From a bacterium (GTDB taxonomy: Bacteria; UBA8248; JACPRG01; G963555815), in contig CBDFMI010000006.1 of assembly GCA_965249615.1 (NCBI GenBank), positions 444,132 to 508,131 of the forward strand: DNA of 64,000 nt. Reading direction: 5' to 3'. The notes below the pieces were generated by a model that did no database searches, was not told the DNA's origin, and worked only from the letters and a program-made list of their open reading frames with translations. Position 1 is the stretch's first letter. Every line of letters begins with the position of its first letter. The translations under genes were made by a program, and so were the position numbers. Shown here one piece after another: positions 1 through 9,831 of the stretch.

Positions 1-28
1 AAGGTGGTCATGGCCAGGCAGACTCCTC

Positions 29-733
29 TTGTTCACAGCCCTTTTTGTGATGGGTGTTGTGCAAGGGGGGGGATTTGCGCAAGAGCCGGATGTGACATTT
101 GAGGCGGGGCAGGAGGCGGTCCTCCAGCCGATCCCCGAAGTGAGCGACAAGTTTTTCGGCCAGAAGGTGGCTATCTTCTCTTTTGTCAACAAATCTCTCT
201 CTCGATATGCCTTTCTGGGGAACGCATCGAGCGATTTCCTCATTGAGTTCCTTCAGGACGCCGGCTTTCGGACGATAGAGGCAACGGGCCCCGAATTCGA
301 CAAGATTATGAGGGAGCTGAGACACAATGTCTCGGACCTCGTCGATGACGACACGGCCGCCCAAGTGGGAAAACACCTGGGGACGAACCTGGCCTTCATG
401 GGATCGGTGACGGACTTCAACATCGTGAAGGGAAAGGGCCGGCGGGGCATCTCGATCGGGGGGTTCGGCCTCGGCGGTAGCGGAGGGTCGATCGCCTATA
501 CTGTCCAGGTGGCGGGGCGCCTCGTGGACATCGAGACGCGGGAGATCCTGGCCTCCAAGACATCCGTCATAAAGAAAGTCTTCAAGGTGTCCGGGGGAAG
601 TTTCGTCACGCCCTGGGGGAGCTTCAGCCAGGATGCGGACGTGAACGTGGTGAACGAGACCGGCGGTAGGATCCTCCAGCAAGCGCTGAACGATATGATG
701 ATCAAGATGGTAAAACGCCTCAATAGATTCTAA
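29..733 (+). CDS. CsgG-family (curli-assembly-like) lipoprotein, possibly N-terminally truncated by window edge
   Basis: 234-aa ORF with hydrophobic signal-like N-terminus; the stretch GNASSDFLIEFLQDAGFRTIE...GKHLGTNLAFMGSVTDFN has CsgG-fold-like conservation; the overlapping antisense ORF 8..940 was judged a GC-rich artefact. Confidence 0.45.
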   Translation: MFTALFVMGVVQGGGFAQEPDVTFEAGQEAVLQPIPEVSDKFFGQKVAIFSFVNKSLSRYAFLGNASSDFLIEFLQDAGFRTIEATGPEFDKIMRELRHNVSDLVDDDTAAQVGKHLGTNLAFMGSVTDFNIVKGKGRRGISIGGFGLGGSGGSIAYTVQVAGRLVDIETREILASKTSVIKKVFKVSGGSFVTPWGSFSQDADVNVVNETGGRILQQALNDMMIKMVKRLNRF

Positions 734-813
734 TCGGTTGCTTGGGGGCCTCCGTCGGAGGAGAGGAAGATAGCGCTGTTTTTCGAAGCCCGTCTTTGGA
801 ACCAGACCTCTTG

Positions 814-2259
814 ATGAAAAGAAGTTTATTTGTGCGAGGAGTCCTGAAAGGGGCCCTAGGGCTGGGGTTTGTCGCTGCCCTGGGCTTGATTCTGACACCC
901 GGGGCCTTTGGTTTGACCCTGGAGGAGGCGGCCCGACCATACCGGGGGAAGACCATCGTCCTGGGGGTGGCCTTCGCCCCTGCCATGAACGGCCTCCTGG
1001 AGCTTGTTGAGAAAGAGTTTGTCGCCCGCACCGGGATCAACGTAAAGATCGAGAAATATAGCCTTGGGCAATGGAACGAAAAGGGCGACGCTGACCTTTT
1101 TTCCCAAACTGGGCATTTCGACGTCCTTCAAATGCATCACAACCGGGCTCAGGACTGGGCCTTCAACGGCCATGTGCGCTGGATTAACGATTTCATGGAG
1201 GACCGAGAGCTCCGGGACCCGGACCTCGACCCTGAGGATTTTTTACAGCCCCTCTGGGATGACTACTGTCTCTTCGAAGACGGAAAGCGGGCCTGCTTTC
1301 CGTCGTTCAATTCTCAGGAGATCTACTGGTATCGAAATGACCTCTTCACGCACCCCGAGGAGCAGGCTGCTTTTAAGAAGAGATACGGGTATGACCTGGG
1401 GCCCGCGAAGACTTTTCAGCAGATGAAGGACATCGCTGAGTTCTTCACCCGAAAGAAGGATGAAAAACTCGCGGGGGGGATCTTGGAGGAAGATTTTTAT
1501 GGAATCGGCTTGTCAGGAGACCAGGAGCAGTCCACCGCTTGGGAGTGGTACACCGTCTTGCAGGGCTGGGGAGGAAGCCTTTTTGACAAGGAGGGGCGTC
1601 CCACCTTCGATCATCCCCGAAATATAGAGGCCATGAAGTGGTGGTTTGACATGCGAAGATTTGCCCCACCCCAGGTGGCCGAAACTGGCCGCATGGGTCT
1701 CTTCATCTGGATGACCAAAGGGAACGTTGCCCAAGCTATCCATCAAATTGACTTCTCTTTCGCTATTGACGACCCGAGGATCTCTAAGACCGTGGGGCTC
1801 TACGGCTATTCCCTTCTCCCCGTCAGGGAAGAGGGGATGGAACCGGGGGGATGGGGCGAGGCCGGGCCCTTGATCATCAGCAGATACAGCAAGAACCCCG
1901 AGGCGGCCTATCTCCTCATCCAGTGGATGAGCTCAAAAGAGGTCCAGGAGAAGTGGATTGAGGGGCCGGGAAGCGGGCTGCCGATCCGAAAATCCACGCT
2001 CAATCTTCCCTTTGTCCTAAAGCATTCGGCCTTTGCTCCTGCCATCCACAGTGCCCGGCGCGGGTGGTTTCAGCCCGGGTTCTCCGACTGGGCCACGGTA
2101 GAGCGGGTCTTTATCGTCACCCTCAGAGAGGCCGCCACCCACGAGACCCAGGTTGGAGAGGCTCTCGGTCGGGTTCAGAAGGGGGCCCTGGAAATTCACC
2201 CCGAGGGGAGCATCAATCCCGGCCAGCCCACAAGAAACGAGCTCTGGACTCACGAATAG
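814..2259 (+). CDS. ABC transporter substrate-binding protein (extracellular solute-binding family 1)
   Basis: Internal ATG at 814 gives a signal peptide (MKRSLFVRGVLKGALGLGFVAALG); ~480 aa, typical size and composition of periplasmic sugar/solute-binding proteins; no adjacent permease or ATPase genes. Confidence 0.65.
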   Translation: MKRSLFVRGVLKGALGLGFVAALGLILTPGAFGLTLEEAARPYRGKTIVLGVAFAPAMNGLLELVEKEFVARTGINVKIEKYSLGQWNEKGDADLFSQTGHFDVLQMHHNRAQDWAFNGHVRWINDFMEDRELRDPDLDPEDFLQPLWDDYCLFEDGKRACFPSFNSQEIYWYRNDLFTHPEEQAAFKKRYGYDLGPAKTFQQMKDIAEFFTRKKDEKLAGGILEEDFYGIGLSGDQEQSTAWEWYTVLQGWGGSLFDKEGRPTFDHPRNIEAMKWWFDMRRFAPPQVAETGRMGLFIWMTKGNVAQAIHQIDFSFAIDDPRISKTVGLYGYSLLPVREEGMEPGGWGEAGPLIISRYSKNPEAAYLLIQWMSSKEVQEKWIEGPGSGLPIRKSTLNLPFVLKHSAFAPAIHSARRGWFQPGFSDWATVERVFIVTLREAATHETQVGEALGRVQKGALEIHPEGSINPGQPTRNELWTHE

Positions 2260-2315
2260 ATCCTTTGGAGTGAGTTCCACCGTCTATCGATAGCCTTCAT
2301 CTTTGGAGGTGAAGG

Positions 2316-3248
2316 ATGCATCACGAGCTTCACGCTTCGCCAAAGACCGTCCATTGGGGCTTCTTTGACAGCCGGCTCAAGCCCGCTCTCTCCGTTGAGT
2401 CGGGAGACCGGGTGACCATCCATACGGTCTCGGGGGGAGGGCCGCCGGATCTCCTCAAAGACAAGATCAAGATTTTGCCGGAGCTCAAATCCATCCACGA
2501 GGAGGTGGAGCGGGGTGCCGGCCCTCACATCATGACCGGCCCCATCTGGGTGAAGGGGGCTGAGCCTGGGGATGTCCTGGAGGTTCGGATAGAAGATGTC
2601 CAGCTCCGCCAGGACTGGGGCTGGAATCTGATGCTGCCGCTAATGGGGGCCCTCTCCGAGAATTTCTGCCTTTCCCGCTATGTTGTCATCCCTCTCGATC
2701 GGGAGCGGATGGTGGCGAAAGGGCTTTCTGACACCCAGGTGCCCCTTCGGCCCTTCTTCGGGATCCTAGCGGTCGCCCCGCCTCCGGGATACGGGCGGGT
2801 CTCGAGCTTCCCGCCCAGAGAGTATGGCGGCAACATGGACAATAAGGAGCTGGTCCCCGGGACCACACTCTACCTCCCCGTCTTCAATCCGGGCGCCCTC
2901 TTTTCAGCCGGCGACGGCCACGCCGCCCAGGGGGATGGCGAGGTCAACCTGACCGCTATCGAGACGGCCATGACGGGGGTCTTCACCCTGATTGTCCGGA
3001 AAGATCTTTCGCTCAAGGTGCCCCGCGCCGAGACTCCGACCCATCACATCACGATGGGGTTTGACTCTGACCTGGATGACGCCGTGAAAGGGGCCCTTCG
3101 GGAGATGATCAAGTTTCTCGTAGAGGTCCAGGGTCTCAGCCCAGAGGATGCCTATACACTCTGCAGCATCGCTGTCGACTTTCGAGTGACCCAGCTTGTG
3201 AACAGCAATAAGGGGATCCACGCCATGCTGCCAAAGGATATCTTCTGA
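2316..3248 (+). CDS. fmdA: Formamidase/acetamidase (FmdA_AmdA family)
   Basis: 310 aa; conserved blocks HHELHASPKTVHWGFFD, GDGHAAQGDGEVNLTAIETAM and MGFDSDLDDA typical of the acetamidase/formamidase family. Confidence 0.85.
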   Translation: MHHELHASPKTVHWGFFDSRLKPALSVESGDRVTIHTVSGGGPPDLLKDKIKILPELKSIHEEVERGAGPHIMTGPIWVKGAEPGDVLEVRIEDVQLRQDWGWNLMLPLMGALSENFCLSRYVVIPLDRERMVAKGLSDTQVPLRPFFGILAVAPPPGYGRVSSFPPREYGGNMDNKELVPGTTLYLPVFNPGALFSAGDGHAAQGDGEVNLTAIETAMTGVFTLIVRKDLSLKVPRAETPTHHITMGFDSDLDDAVKGALREMIKFLVEVQGLSPEDAYTLCSIAVDFRVTQLVNSNKGIHAMLPKDIF

Positions 3249-3338
3249 AGGTCAGAAGGCCTCCTTCGAACAAGAGTCGCTGGCTCTGATAGGGGGTTCG
3301 CTGGGAAGGTGAGGGACCCTCAGTCCCCAAAAGAAGAC

Positions 3339-3368
3339 AAAGGCCCCGGAGATTTCTCCGGGGCCTTT
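3339..3368. terminator. Bidirectional rho-independent terminator hairpin between convergent fmdA and cspA
   Basis: AAAGGCCCCGGAG-attt-CTCCGGGGCCTTT: perfect 13-bp GC-rich stem, 4-nt loop, A-tract 5' and T-tract 3'. Confidence 0.55.
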
Positions 3369-3432
3369 GTCGCCATCATGAGGGCTGGAAACGGGTGTTG
3401 CCTGTTCCCTGTGCCCTTTGGCATGAACCTGG

Positions 3433-3669
3433 TTAAGGAGCCGGCTGTTCCGACTGTTCCGGCTGTTGGCCGGCCCTCACCACGTTCACGGCCCTTGGGC
3501 CTTTGGCGTCCGTCTCGATGTCGAACTCGACGGCTTCACCTTCCGAAAGGGTCCTAAAGCCATCTCCCTTTATGGACGAAAAGTGGACAAATACGTCCTT
3601 TCCGTCTTCCTGGGTGATAAAGCCAAACCCCTTCGCTTCGTTGAACCACTTCACGGTCCCACGCGCCAT
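3433..3669 (-). CDS. cspA: Cold-shock protein (CspA family)
   Basis: 78 aa [33 protein letters not shown]... carries the canonical cold-shock-domain RNP motifs. Confidence 0.92.
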   Translation of the reverse strand: MARGTVKWFNEAKGFGFITQEDGKDVFVHFSSIKGDGFRTLSEGEAVEFDIETDAKGPRAVNVVRAGQQPEQSEQPAP

Positions 3670-3827
3670 TCCTCACATCACCTCCTTTCTTCCTGCGGCC
3701 AGGAGTTTCCTCTTGTCACGGCGCGTCTTCGGGTCCGGCATAAAAAAAGCGAACCCCATGTCCGGGGCTCGCGGCACACTTCCAACGCGGACGGCCTGTC
3801 AACAGCACCCTGACAACTGGCAGCGAG

Positions 3828-3856
3828 AATGTATTATTTTCTTCCTCTTCTGTCAA
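3828..3856 (-). promoter_or_regulatory. Sigma70-like promoter for cspA (TTGACA-N17-TACATT), giving a ~150-nt 5' leader
   Basis: Minus strand reads TTGACA (3856-3851), 17-nt spacer, TACATT (3833-3828); long leaders are typical for csp genes. Confidence 0.4.
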
Positions 3857-4037
3857 CTCTTTTCTTGGTTGCCGAGAATCTTTCGAAAAGCGAAACCAAA
3901 ACGGGTGGGGGAAGGGAATATTGATGATGCAAAGACCCCCTCAAGCCCGTCTTTTTTAAGAGGCCGTCAATTCCCGTTGACATCTTCAGGGGGAACTCCT
4001 AGCCTCCCAGCCAGGAGTTTTAGAAGGAGTCTTCGCA

Positions 4038-4877
4038 TTGAGTCGTCTTTTTGGTTTGGTGCTGGCCCAGCTCGTCATCGGCGGCGTCTCGCTCCTCCTC
4101 TTGGTTCCCTTGCAGACGCTCGGCCGGCGTTTTTTTCGGACCTGCACCTGGATCTTTCTTGGGATACTCCTTTTCAGCTACTGGCTTCAGCCCCCCCCAG
4201 AGGGATATACCCGTCTCGGTTCTTTATTTAGCCAGGGCCTCTGGGCCACATGGGAGGGACGGGAGTTCGGGGGCCTTTCCCTTTATCTACTTCTCATCTT
4301 CTTACATCTTGTCTCACTCTATGCTTGGAGAGACCGGCTGGTCCGAGGTCTCCTCGGCCTGAGCGTCGCCTGTGGCGCCTTTGTGCTGTTCAGCAACTCG
4401 GCGGTCATGACGACGGTCGACATGTCGAGCCTTCAGGTGGGTCTCTTGCCTATAAATTTTTTCCTCTCGGCCTTGGCCCTTGGGACCGTTTTCACAGGGA
4501 TGCTCTTCGGTCACTGGTATCTGGTGGACCCTAGCCTCCCCTTGAGGCTTATCCACCGTTTCAGTTGGCTCCTTGTAGCGGTTCTCGTGGCCCAGGGGGT
4601 TGCGCTGATTTCCTTCGTCGTCTTCGGGTTTGAGCCGAGGCACTTTGCCGCCGTGTGGGGGGAGGGCGCCCTCTTCTCCTCCTGGGGCGTTTTTTTCTGG
4701 GGACGAGCCCTCTTCGGCCTCCTCGGGACTCTCCTCGTGGCCCTGGTCATCCTCTATAGCCTTCGGATCCACGCTACCCGGACTGCGACGGGATTTTTCT
4801 ATATTGCCATCCTCACGGTTTTTACGGGCGAGCTGATGGGGCGGTTCATTCTGTTCCTGGCGGCCGTTCCCGTCTGA
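4038..4877 (+). CDS. Hypothetical polytopic membrane protein
   Basis: 279 aa, TTG start, ~8 hydrophobic segments, no recognisable catalytic motif. Confidence 0.5.
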   Translation: MSRLFGLVLAQLVIGGVSLLLLVPLQTLGRRFFRTCTWIFLGILLFSYWLQPPPEGYTRLGSLFSQGLWATWEGREFGGLSLYLLLIFLHLVSLYAWRDRLVRGLLGLSVACGAFVLFSNSAVMTTVDMSSLQVGLLPINFFLSALALGTVFTGMLFGHWYLVDPSLPLRLIHRFSWLLVAVLVAQGVALISFVVFGFEPRHFAAVWGEGALFSSWGVFFWGRALFGLLGTLLVALVILYSLRIHATRTATGFFYIAILTVFTGELMGRFILFLAAVPV

Positions 4878-4964
4878 GGGCCTGCACGCTCCCCCTGATC
4901 TATCCAGGACAACCTTTTTGTGGGGAGGACCCGAGGTCGGGGCGCCCCCCCCCTCAAAAAATCC

Positions 4965-5441
4965 TCAGCGCATGGTCCAGCCGATATAGAAGGCGCCGGC
5001 GGCGAGGGCCAGATTAAGGAAGGTCCCGACCTGGAGTCTCCGAAGTACCTTCATCTGCTCCTCGATCGGCATGGTGAACTCGCGGAGCTCAAGAGGGGCG
5101 TTGGCCCGGGTGAGCTTGAGGCCAACGCCAAAGAACTGGTGACTGCTGAAGAAGATGATGAGAAAGACGAGGAGAAGTTTCAGACTCAGGGATTTGTAGG
5201 TGATGGTAAAGAAATTCGCCCCAATGGCGATCTTGAGATCCGTTAGGAGGAAAGCCCCCGTCATCAACAGGAGACCAAGGAGAAAGAGGGCGTAGGGGTG
5301 GTAAAAACGGAGGATGCCGGCAACCCGCGCCATACACTCCTCGGGGGCCTTCCTTCGAAGAAGGGGAATGGCAAGAACACCCATGGCGAAGAGTGAGGCG
5401 ATGTAGATGATGGCTGCAAAAAGGTGGACCTTTAGCAACAT
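4965..5441 (-). CDS. Hypothetical membrane protein (4-5 TM)
   Basis: 158 aa, hydrophobic segments throughout, convergent with the upstream membrane protein. Confidence 0.5.
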   Translation of the reverse strand: MLLKVHLFAAIIYIASLFAMGVLAIPLLRRKAPEECMARVAGILRFYHPYALFLLGLLLMTGAFLLTDLKIAIGANFFTITYKSLSLKLLLVFLIIFFSSHQFFGVGLKLTRANAPLELREFTMPIEEQMKVLRRLQVGTFLNLALAAGAFYIGWTMR

Positions 5442-5637
5442 TCCCCGGGTTCCATCCTAGCGAAGACATTCGGGGTCTCAAGGACCCAGTCCGCCTATAG
5501 GGCCCTTTCCTCATTGGAGGTCAGTCTAACCTCTCTTGGACTCTCGTCCAAGGGGGTTGTTTTGCGAGGACGGCAGGTTTCTCGAAAGGGACGGCTTAAG
5601 GGTGTCCGGGCTGAAAACGGGCTGAACAAAAGAGATC

Positions 5638-5666
5638 TTGCTGAATTTTGGAGAGGGGAGTATACT
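5638..5666 (+). promoter_or_regulatory. Putative sigma70-like promoter upstream of fbp (TTGCTG-N17-TATACT)
   Basis: Hexamers at 5638-5643 and 5661-5666 with a 17-nt spacer, ~100 nt upstream of the fbp start. Confidence 0.3.
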
Positions 5667-5769
5667 GGCGCCACTTTTTTACTAACAGATGTTCTCATCC
5701 AATCAGCCCATTCGCATCTGCTGTTCTCTTAATATATCGGTCTTCTATCGTCTGTGGGGAGGAGAAAAG

Positions 5770-6882
5770 ATGGAGATCACGTTAAGTGTCATTAAGGCGG
5801 ACATCGGGAGTGTGGGCGGGCATATCCGCCCGAGTAAACGACTGCTTGAAACGGTGCGGGACTTTGTCTCGCGAGAAGGGGCCTCCCTCGCCATCGATAG
5901 CTATGTGGGAGCGACAGGAGACGACATCGGCATCCTCCTAACCCATACCCGAGGGGCGAGCGATGAGGCCATCCATAAACTCGGCTGGGATGCCTTCAAG
6001 GCCGGGACGGAAGTGGCCAAATCCCAGGGGCTCTACGGCGCGGGTCAGGATCTTCTGAAGGACGCCTTCTCGGGGAATATCCGGGGGCTGGGGCCCGCTG
6101 TTGCAGAGATGACCTTCGAGGAGCGCCCCAATGAGCCCTTCCTCTTCTTTCAGGCCGACAAGACAGACCCGGGGGCCTATAACCTCCCGGTCTATCTTGC
6201 CTTTTTGGACCCCATGTGGTGTCCGGGCCTGATACTGAGCCCGAAGATGAAGGAGGGCTTTAAATTTACCATCATGGACGTGGCTTCCTCCGAGGAGGAC
6301 CGCGTCATTGAGCTCAACGCCCCAGAGGAACTCTACGACATCGCCACCCTCCTTCGGGACAACTCGCGGTTCGTGGTGGAGTCGGTTCACTCCCGCATGG
6401 ATGGGGAGATAGCTGCGGTAGTGAGCACATCGCGACTCCACAACATCGCGGGGACCTATACCGGAAAAGATGACCCTGTCATGCTGATCCGCTCCCAGGG
6501 CGGTTTCCCCGCCACAGGGGAGCTCCTTGCTCCCTACAGCATCGGCCACTTGGTGGCAGGCTGCATGCGGGGAAGCCACAACATGCCCCTCATGCCGGTT
6601 CACTACGGGAGCCCCATGTCCTTCTTCGACGGGCCTCCGGGCGTGAGCTGCCTTGCCTTCTGCGTTCACGAGGGGCGCCTCACTGAGCCGGCCGACGCCT
6701 TCGATCACCCGTTCTGGGACCACATCCGGGTGGAGATCTCTAAGAAGGCCGTCGAGGTCCGCCGCCAGGGCTTCTCAGGCCCCGCCATGCTGGGGATGAA
6801 TGAGCTGGAGTACACAGGGGTCGTGGAACGCCTGTCCCAGCTGGAGGAGCGATTCAGCGTGCGGGAAGAAGTGAAGGCCTGA
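5770..6882 (+). CDS. fbp: Fructose-1,6-bisphosphate aldolase/phosphatase (class V FBPase)
   Basis: N-terminus MEITLSVIKADIGSVGGH is diagnostic of bifunctional FBP aldolase/phosphatase; GGAGG RBS precedes ATG 5770; the ORF-track start at 5689 is an unsupported upstream extension. Confidence 0.9.
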   Translation: MEITLSVIKADIGSVGGHIRPSKRLLETVRDFVSREGASLAIDSYVGATGDDIGILLTHTRGASDEAIHKLGWDAFKAGTEVAKSQGLYGAGQDLLKDAFSGNIRGLGPAVAEMTFEERPNEPFLFFQADKTDPGAYNLPVYLAFLDPMWCPGLILSPKMKEGFKFTIMDVASSEEDRVIELNAPEELYDIATLLRDNSRFVVESVHSRMDGEIAAVVSTSRLHNIAGTYTGKDDPVMLIRSQGGFPATGELLAPYSIGHLVAGCMRGSHNMPLMPVHYGSPMSFFDGPPGVSCLAFCVHEGRLTEPADAFDHPFWDHIRVEISKKAVEVRRQGFSGPAMLGMNELEYTGVVERLSQLEERFSVREEVKA

Positions 6883-7135
6883 AAGACTAAAATCCCGCCT
6901 GAGACCGCGCTAGGGTTCGCAGACTTTTCCGAGGGTCCTCCGTGAGGGTCCTTCACTCGCCCTTTCGCATCAAACCCCTTCCAATTCAGTCTTGCGTGGG
7001 CCGGGGCTCTCTGGCATCTTGGTATCCGGAGTTCTCGACGACAGGCGCAAATGACGGGCATCTGGGAAGAGATGGGGTCCATTTGTTCCTAAATGGCTTC
7101 AGGGATGGATGAGTAGGGAGGAGTCTGGCGTGGCG

Positions 7136-7525
7136 ATGAAATTTCCTGACGAGCTGAAGTACTCAAAGGAGCACGAGTGGGTCCGTGTGGACGGGAACCA
7201 CACCACGGTGGGGATCACGGAGCACGCCCAGGCGGAGCTCGGTGATGTCGTCCACGTGGAGCTTCCTGAGGTGGGAGCTGAGCTGGAGGCCAGCAATTCC
7301 TTTGGGACGGTGGAGTCTGTCAAAGCGGTTTCCGACCTCTTTGCCCCGGTCTCGGGCAAGGTGACCCAGGTTAACTCCGCTCTTGAAGAGCGGCCCGAGG
7401 TGATCAACTCCGACCCTTATGAAGATGGTTGGATGATTATTATTGAGATGTCCGACCCCGGCGAGCTGGATGGCCTGCTCTCCGCGGATGTGTACGGTAC
7501 CTACGTTGAGGAAGAGGACAGCTAA
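7136..7525 (+). CDS. gcvH: Glycine cleavage system H protein
   Basis: MKFPDELKYSKEHEWVRVDG...SVKAVSDLFAPVSGKV includes the lipoyl-lysine motif ESVKA. Confidence 0.9.
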   Translation: MKFPDELKYSKEHEWVRVDGNHTTVGITEHAQAELGDVVHVELPEVGAELEASNSFGTVESVKAVSDLFAPVSGKVTQVNSALEERPEVINSDPYEDGWMIIIEMSDPGELDGLLSADVYGTYVEEEDS

Positions 7526-7673
7526 GTGCGTTTCGTCCTCCGCACCGAAGTGGATGTGGCAGCCAGCTAGGCGGCCATTGGGGCGCCTGGCCTAGAAAGC
7601 CTGCTTTCCTCCACGGCCCCGCCGACAATACCGCAGGCCTGATTCCTCTTTTTTCAAGGAGTGAAGCGCTCCC

Positions 7674-9794
7674 GTGGACGGTTTACAGTCAGATACTGGG
7701 AGCCGCTGGTCTCTTCTGTGGCGGGATTGTTTGGGGTGGCTATCGGTCTCAGCAGGTCTGGGTGTATTTGAATCGATCCTTCTGGCCTTCCAAAGACCTG
7801 AGATCAATCCCTTCGCAGTGATCGATCTTTTGGATCTCCTGAGCTCCGCCATCGTTTTAAATTCCTTGATGATTCTCCCAGTCTCAGCGGGCCATTTCCT
7901 CCTGTGTTTTCGCCTTTTGGGAGATCGCGACCGTCGGGCGCAGGGTCGAAACACGTTTTTATTCCACCTCGTTGTGTTCCTCGCGTTGGTGTTCACCATT
8001 TTTATTGGCCGAAGACTCATCTTCACGATCCCTGCAGCCATCGTGATCGCCACGGCCCTTTGGTTCGGACTGAAATATACACCCAGGCGGCTGGCCCGTA
8101 TGTTCGGGCTGGGTGTCACCGTTTTCCTGCTGGCCTTTCTTTCCTACGAATTTGCACGGCCATTTTATCCCCTAAAAAATCTCCGCGAGGTCCGGAACGA
8201 AGACAGCGCACTTCCAAATGTGCTCCTGGTGCTTGTGGATACGTTGCGGGCGGATCGGCTCTCCACATACGGCTATTCCAGGGAGACGTCCCCGTTCATT
8301 TCAAAGCTCGCGGGAGAGGGGGCGAAATTTACGAATTTCTATGCGAACGCGAGTTGGACTCCGCCGGCGACGGCAACGATTTTGACCGGCGTATTTCCCT
8401 CAATCCATGGAATAAACGGAACGTCGTTCCAAAAGAAGGCTCCGGTTAAGACGCTTTGTGAGGTTCTGCGCGGACACGGATACAACACGGCTGCGTTTGT
8501 CGCGAACCCATGGATCGGTGAGCGCAGTGGATTACTCGAAGGATGCGACTATCACAGCCCGATGTGGAACCCCTTTAGGCGAAACCACCAGAGACGTGAT
8601 GTCCCAGATCCATCCGCACCCTCTTTCCTGATCCTCGCCAGCGAGCCGATGCTGGAAAACATTTTCGTCTGGAGAAAGTTTGTTTTTTTGCCACGCATTT
8701 TCGTTTGGAATAGATTTGTTTCTTTGTCCGATAGGGTTGTAACCAGCCTTTTCATAATTGACAGGAAGAAGAGCCACCTCCTCCGCGGGGCATTTCGCCT
8801 AATTCAGGAGGTTGATGGAGATGGGAATGATAACCGAGAGGAGATAGAAAATCGCATTCCTCGTGCGGATGAGTTTACACATGGAGTCTTGAACTACGTC
8901 GATTATGTGGCATCGGTGGAAAACCATGATGGCCAAAGGACGAAATTCTTTATCTATCTGCACTATGTAGAACCGCATAGCCCGTATCAGTCACCTGGGC
9001 GCTATGGTCGCCTGTTTGATCCCCACTATCCGGATGAGCGTGTGACTGAGTATCCGGATCCGTCTGAAAATGGGACCACGCCGGAATTGCCGGATGCGCA
9101 GCTGCACAACCTTCAAGCACAATACGACGGAGAGACCCGTTACTTTGATGACAACTTCCAGTTCCTTTTCTCGAATCTAGAGGAAAGGGGGTTCGTGGAT
9201 AACACGTTGATTGTCTTTGTTTCTGACCATGGAGAGGAATTCTACGAGCATCGGGGATTTGGGCATGGGGGAACAGTCTTTGAGGAAGTGCTCAGAGTGC
9301 CTCCCATTTTATGGTACCCCGGCAGCTTGCCCGGCGGACTTGAGGTGGAGGAGCCGGGATCCCAGGTGGATCTAATGCCAACGATTATGGAGGTCCTCGG
9401 TCTTCCGGGGCCCGGGGATTTCCAGGGAAGAAGCTTGTTGCCGCTCATATATGGGGAGGAGAGCGGGGCGGCCATCTATGGAGAAAGCTCACGCGAGCCC
9501 CCTGGCCGCGAGCTTAGTTCTCATCGGTTTTTAGTTCATGGCCGATATAAATTTATCAACCAGGAAAAACCTGAGACAGAGCATGAAAAATTTCTTTTTG
9601 ACCTTCAGTTGGATCCGAACGAGCAAGAAAACATCTACGGCTCTGAAAAAAAGATAGCGGAAGAAATGGAGTTGCTACTGGAAAAATTCGTCACATTGGT
9701 CGAGAATGACCCCCGGTACTCTGAAAACCCAGAGGCCATCGGAGTTGACCCGGAACTGGAGGAGCGTCTGAAGGCTCTCGGATACGTTGAATGA
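7674..9794 (+). CDS. Membrane-anchored sulfatase-family protein (LTA-synthase/phosphoglycerol-transferase-like: N-terminal 5-TM domain plus sulfatase domain)
   Basis: GTG start; N-terminal ~170 aa hydrophobic; sulfatase motif LVLVDTLRADRLSTYGYSRETSPF...SWTPPATATILTG; C-terminus ends ...EERLKALGYVE. Confidence 0.8.
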   Translation: MDGLQSDTGSRWSLLWRDCLGWLSVSAGLGVFESILLAFQRPEINPFAVIDLLDLLSSAIVLNSLMILPVSAGHFLLCFRLLGDRDRRAQGRNTFLFHLVVFLALVFTIFIGRRLIFTIPAAIVIATALWFGLKYTPRRLARMFGLGVTVFLLAFLSYEFARPFYPLKNLREVRNEDSALPNVLLVLVDTLRADRLSTYGYSRETSPFISKLAGEGAKFTNFYANASWTPPATATILTGVFPSIHGINGTSFQKKAPVKTLCEVLRGHGYNTAAFVANPWIGERSGLLEGCDYHSPMWNPFRRNHQRRDVPDPSAPSFLILASEPMLENIFVWRKFVFLPRIFVWNRFVSLSDRVVTSLFIIDRKKSHLLRGAFRLIQEVDGDGNDNREEIENRIPRADEFTHGVLNYVDYVASVENHDGQRTKFFIYLHYVEPHSPYQSPGRYGRLFDPHYPDERVTEYPDPSENGTTPELPDAQLHNLQAQYDGETRYFDDNFQFLFSNLEERGFVDNTLIVFVSDHGEEFYEHRGFGHGGTVFEEVLRVPPILWYPGSLPGGLEVEEPGSQVDLMPTIMEVLGLPGPGDFQGRSLLPLIYGEESGAAIYGESSREPPGRELSSHRFLVHGRYKFINQEKPETEHEKFLFDLQLDPNEQENIYGSEKKIAEEMELLLEKFVTLVENDPRYSENPEAIGVDPELEERLKALGYVE

Positions 9795-9831
9795 AGGTTA
9801 AAGGGCTCGACTCGGACTTGGTGCACACAGC

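Noticed and set aside
8-940. 310-aa minus-strand ORF overlapping the CsgG-like gene
   Set aside because: Pro/Arg/Gly-rich translation typical of antisense frames in GC-rich DNA; the plus-strand frame has a coherent domain-like sequence.
5689-5769. Upstream extension of fbp from ATG 5689
   Set aside because: The extension (MFSSNQPIRICCSLNISVFY...) has no RBS and is not part of the conserved FBP aldolase/phosphatase N-terminus; GGAGG precedes 5770.
6883-7135. Possible glycine riboswitch upstream of gcvH
   Set aside because: I could not find the tandem aptamer consensus (GGAGAG...CUCUGGAGAG...ACCGAAGGGGCAA); only scattered partial matches. The element usually precedes gcvT, not gcvH.
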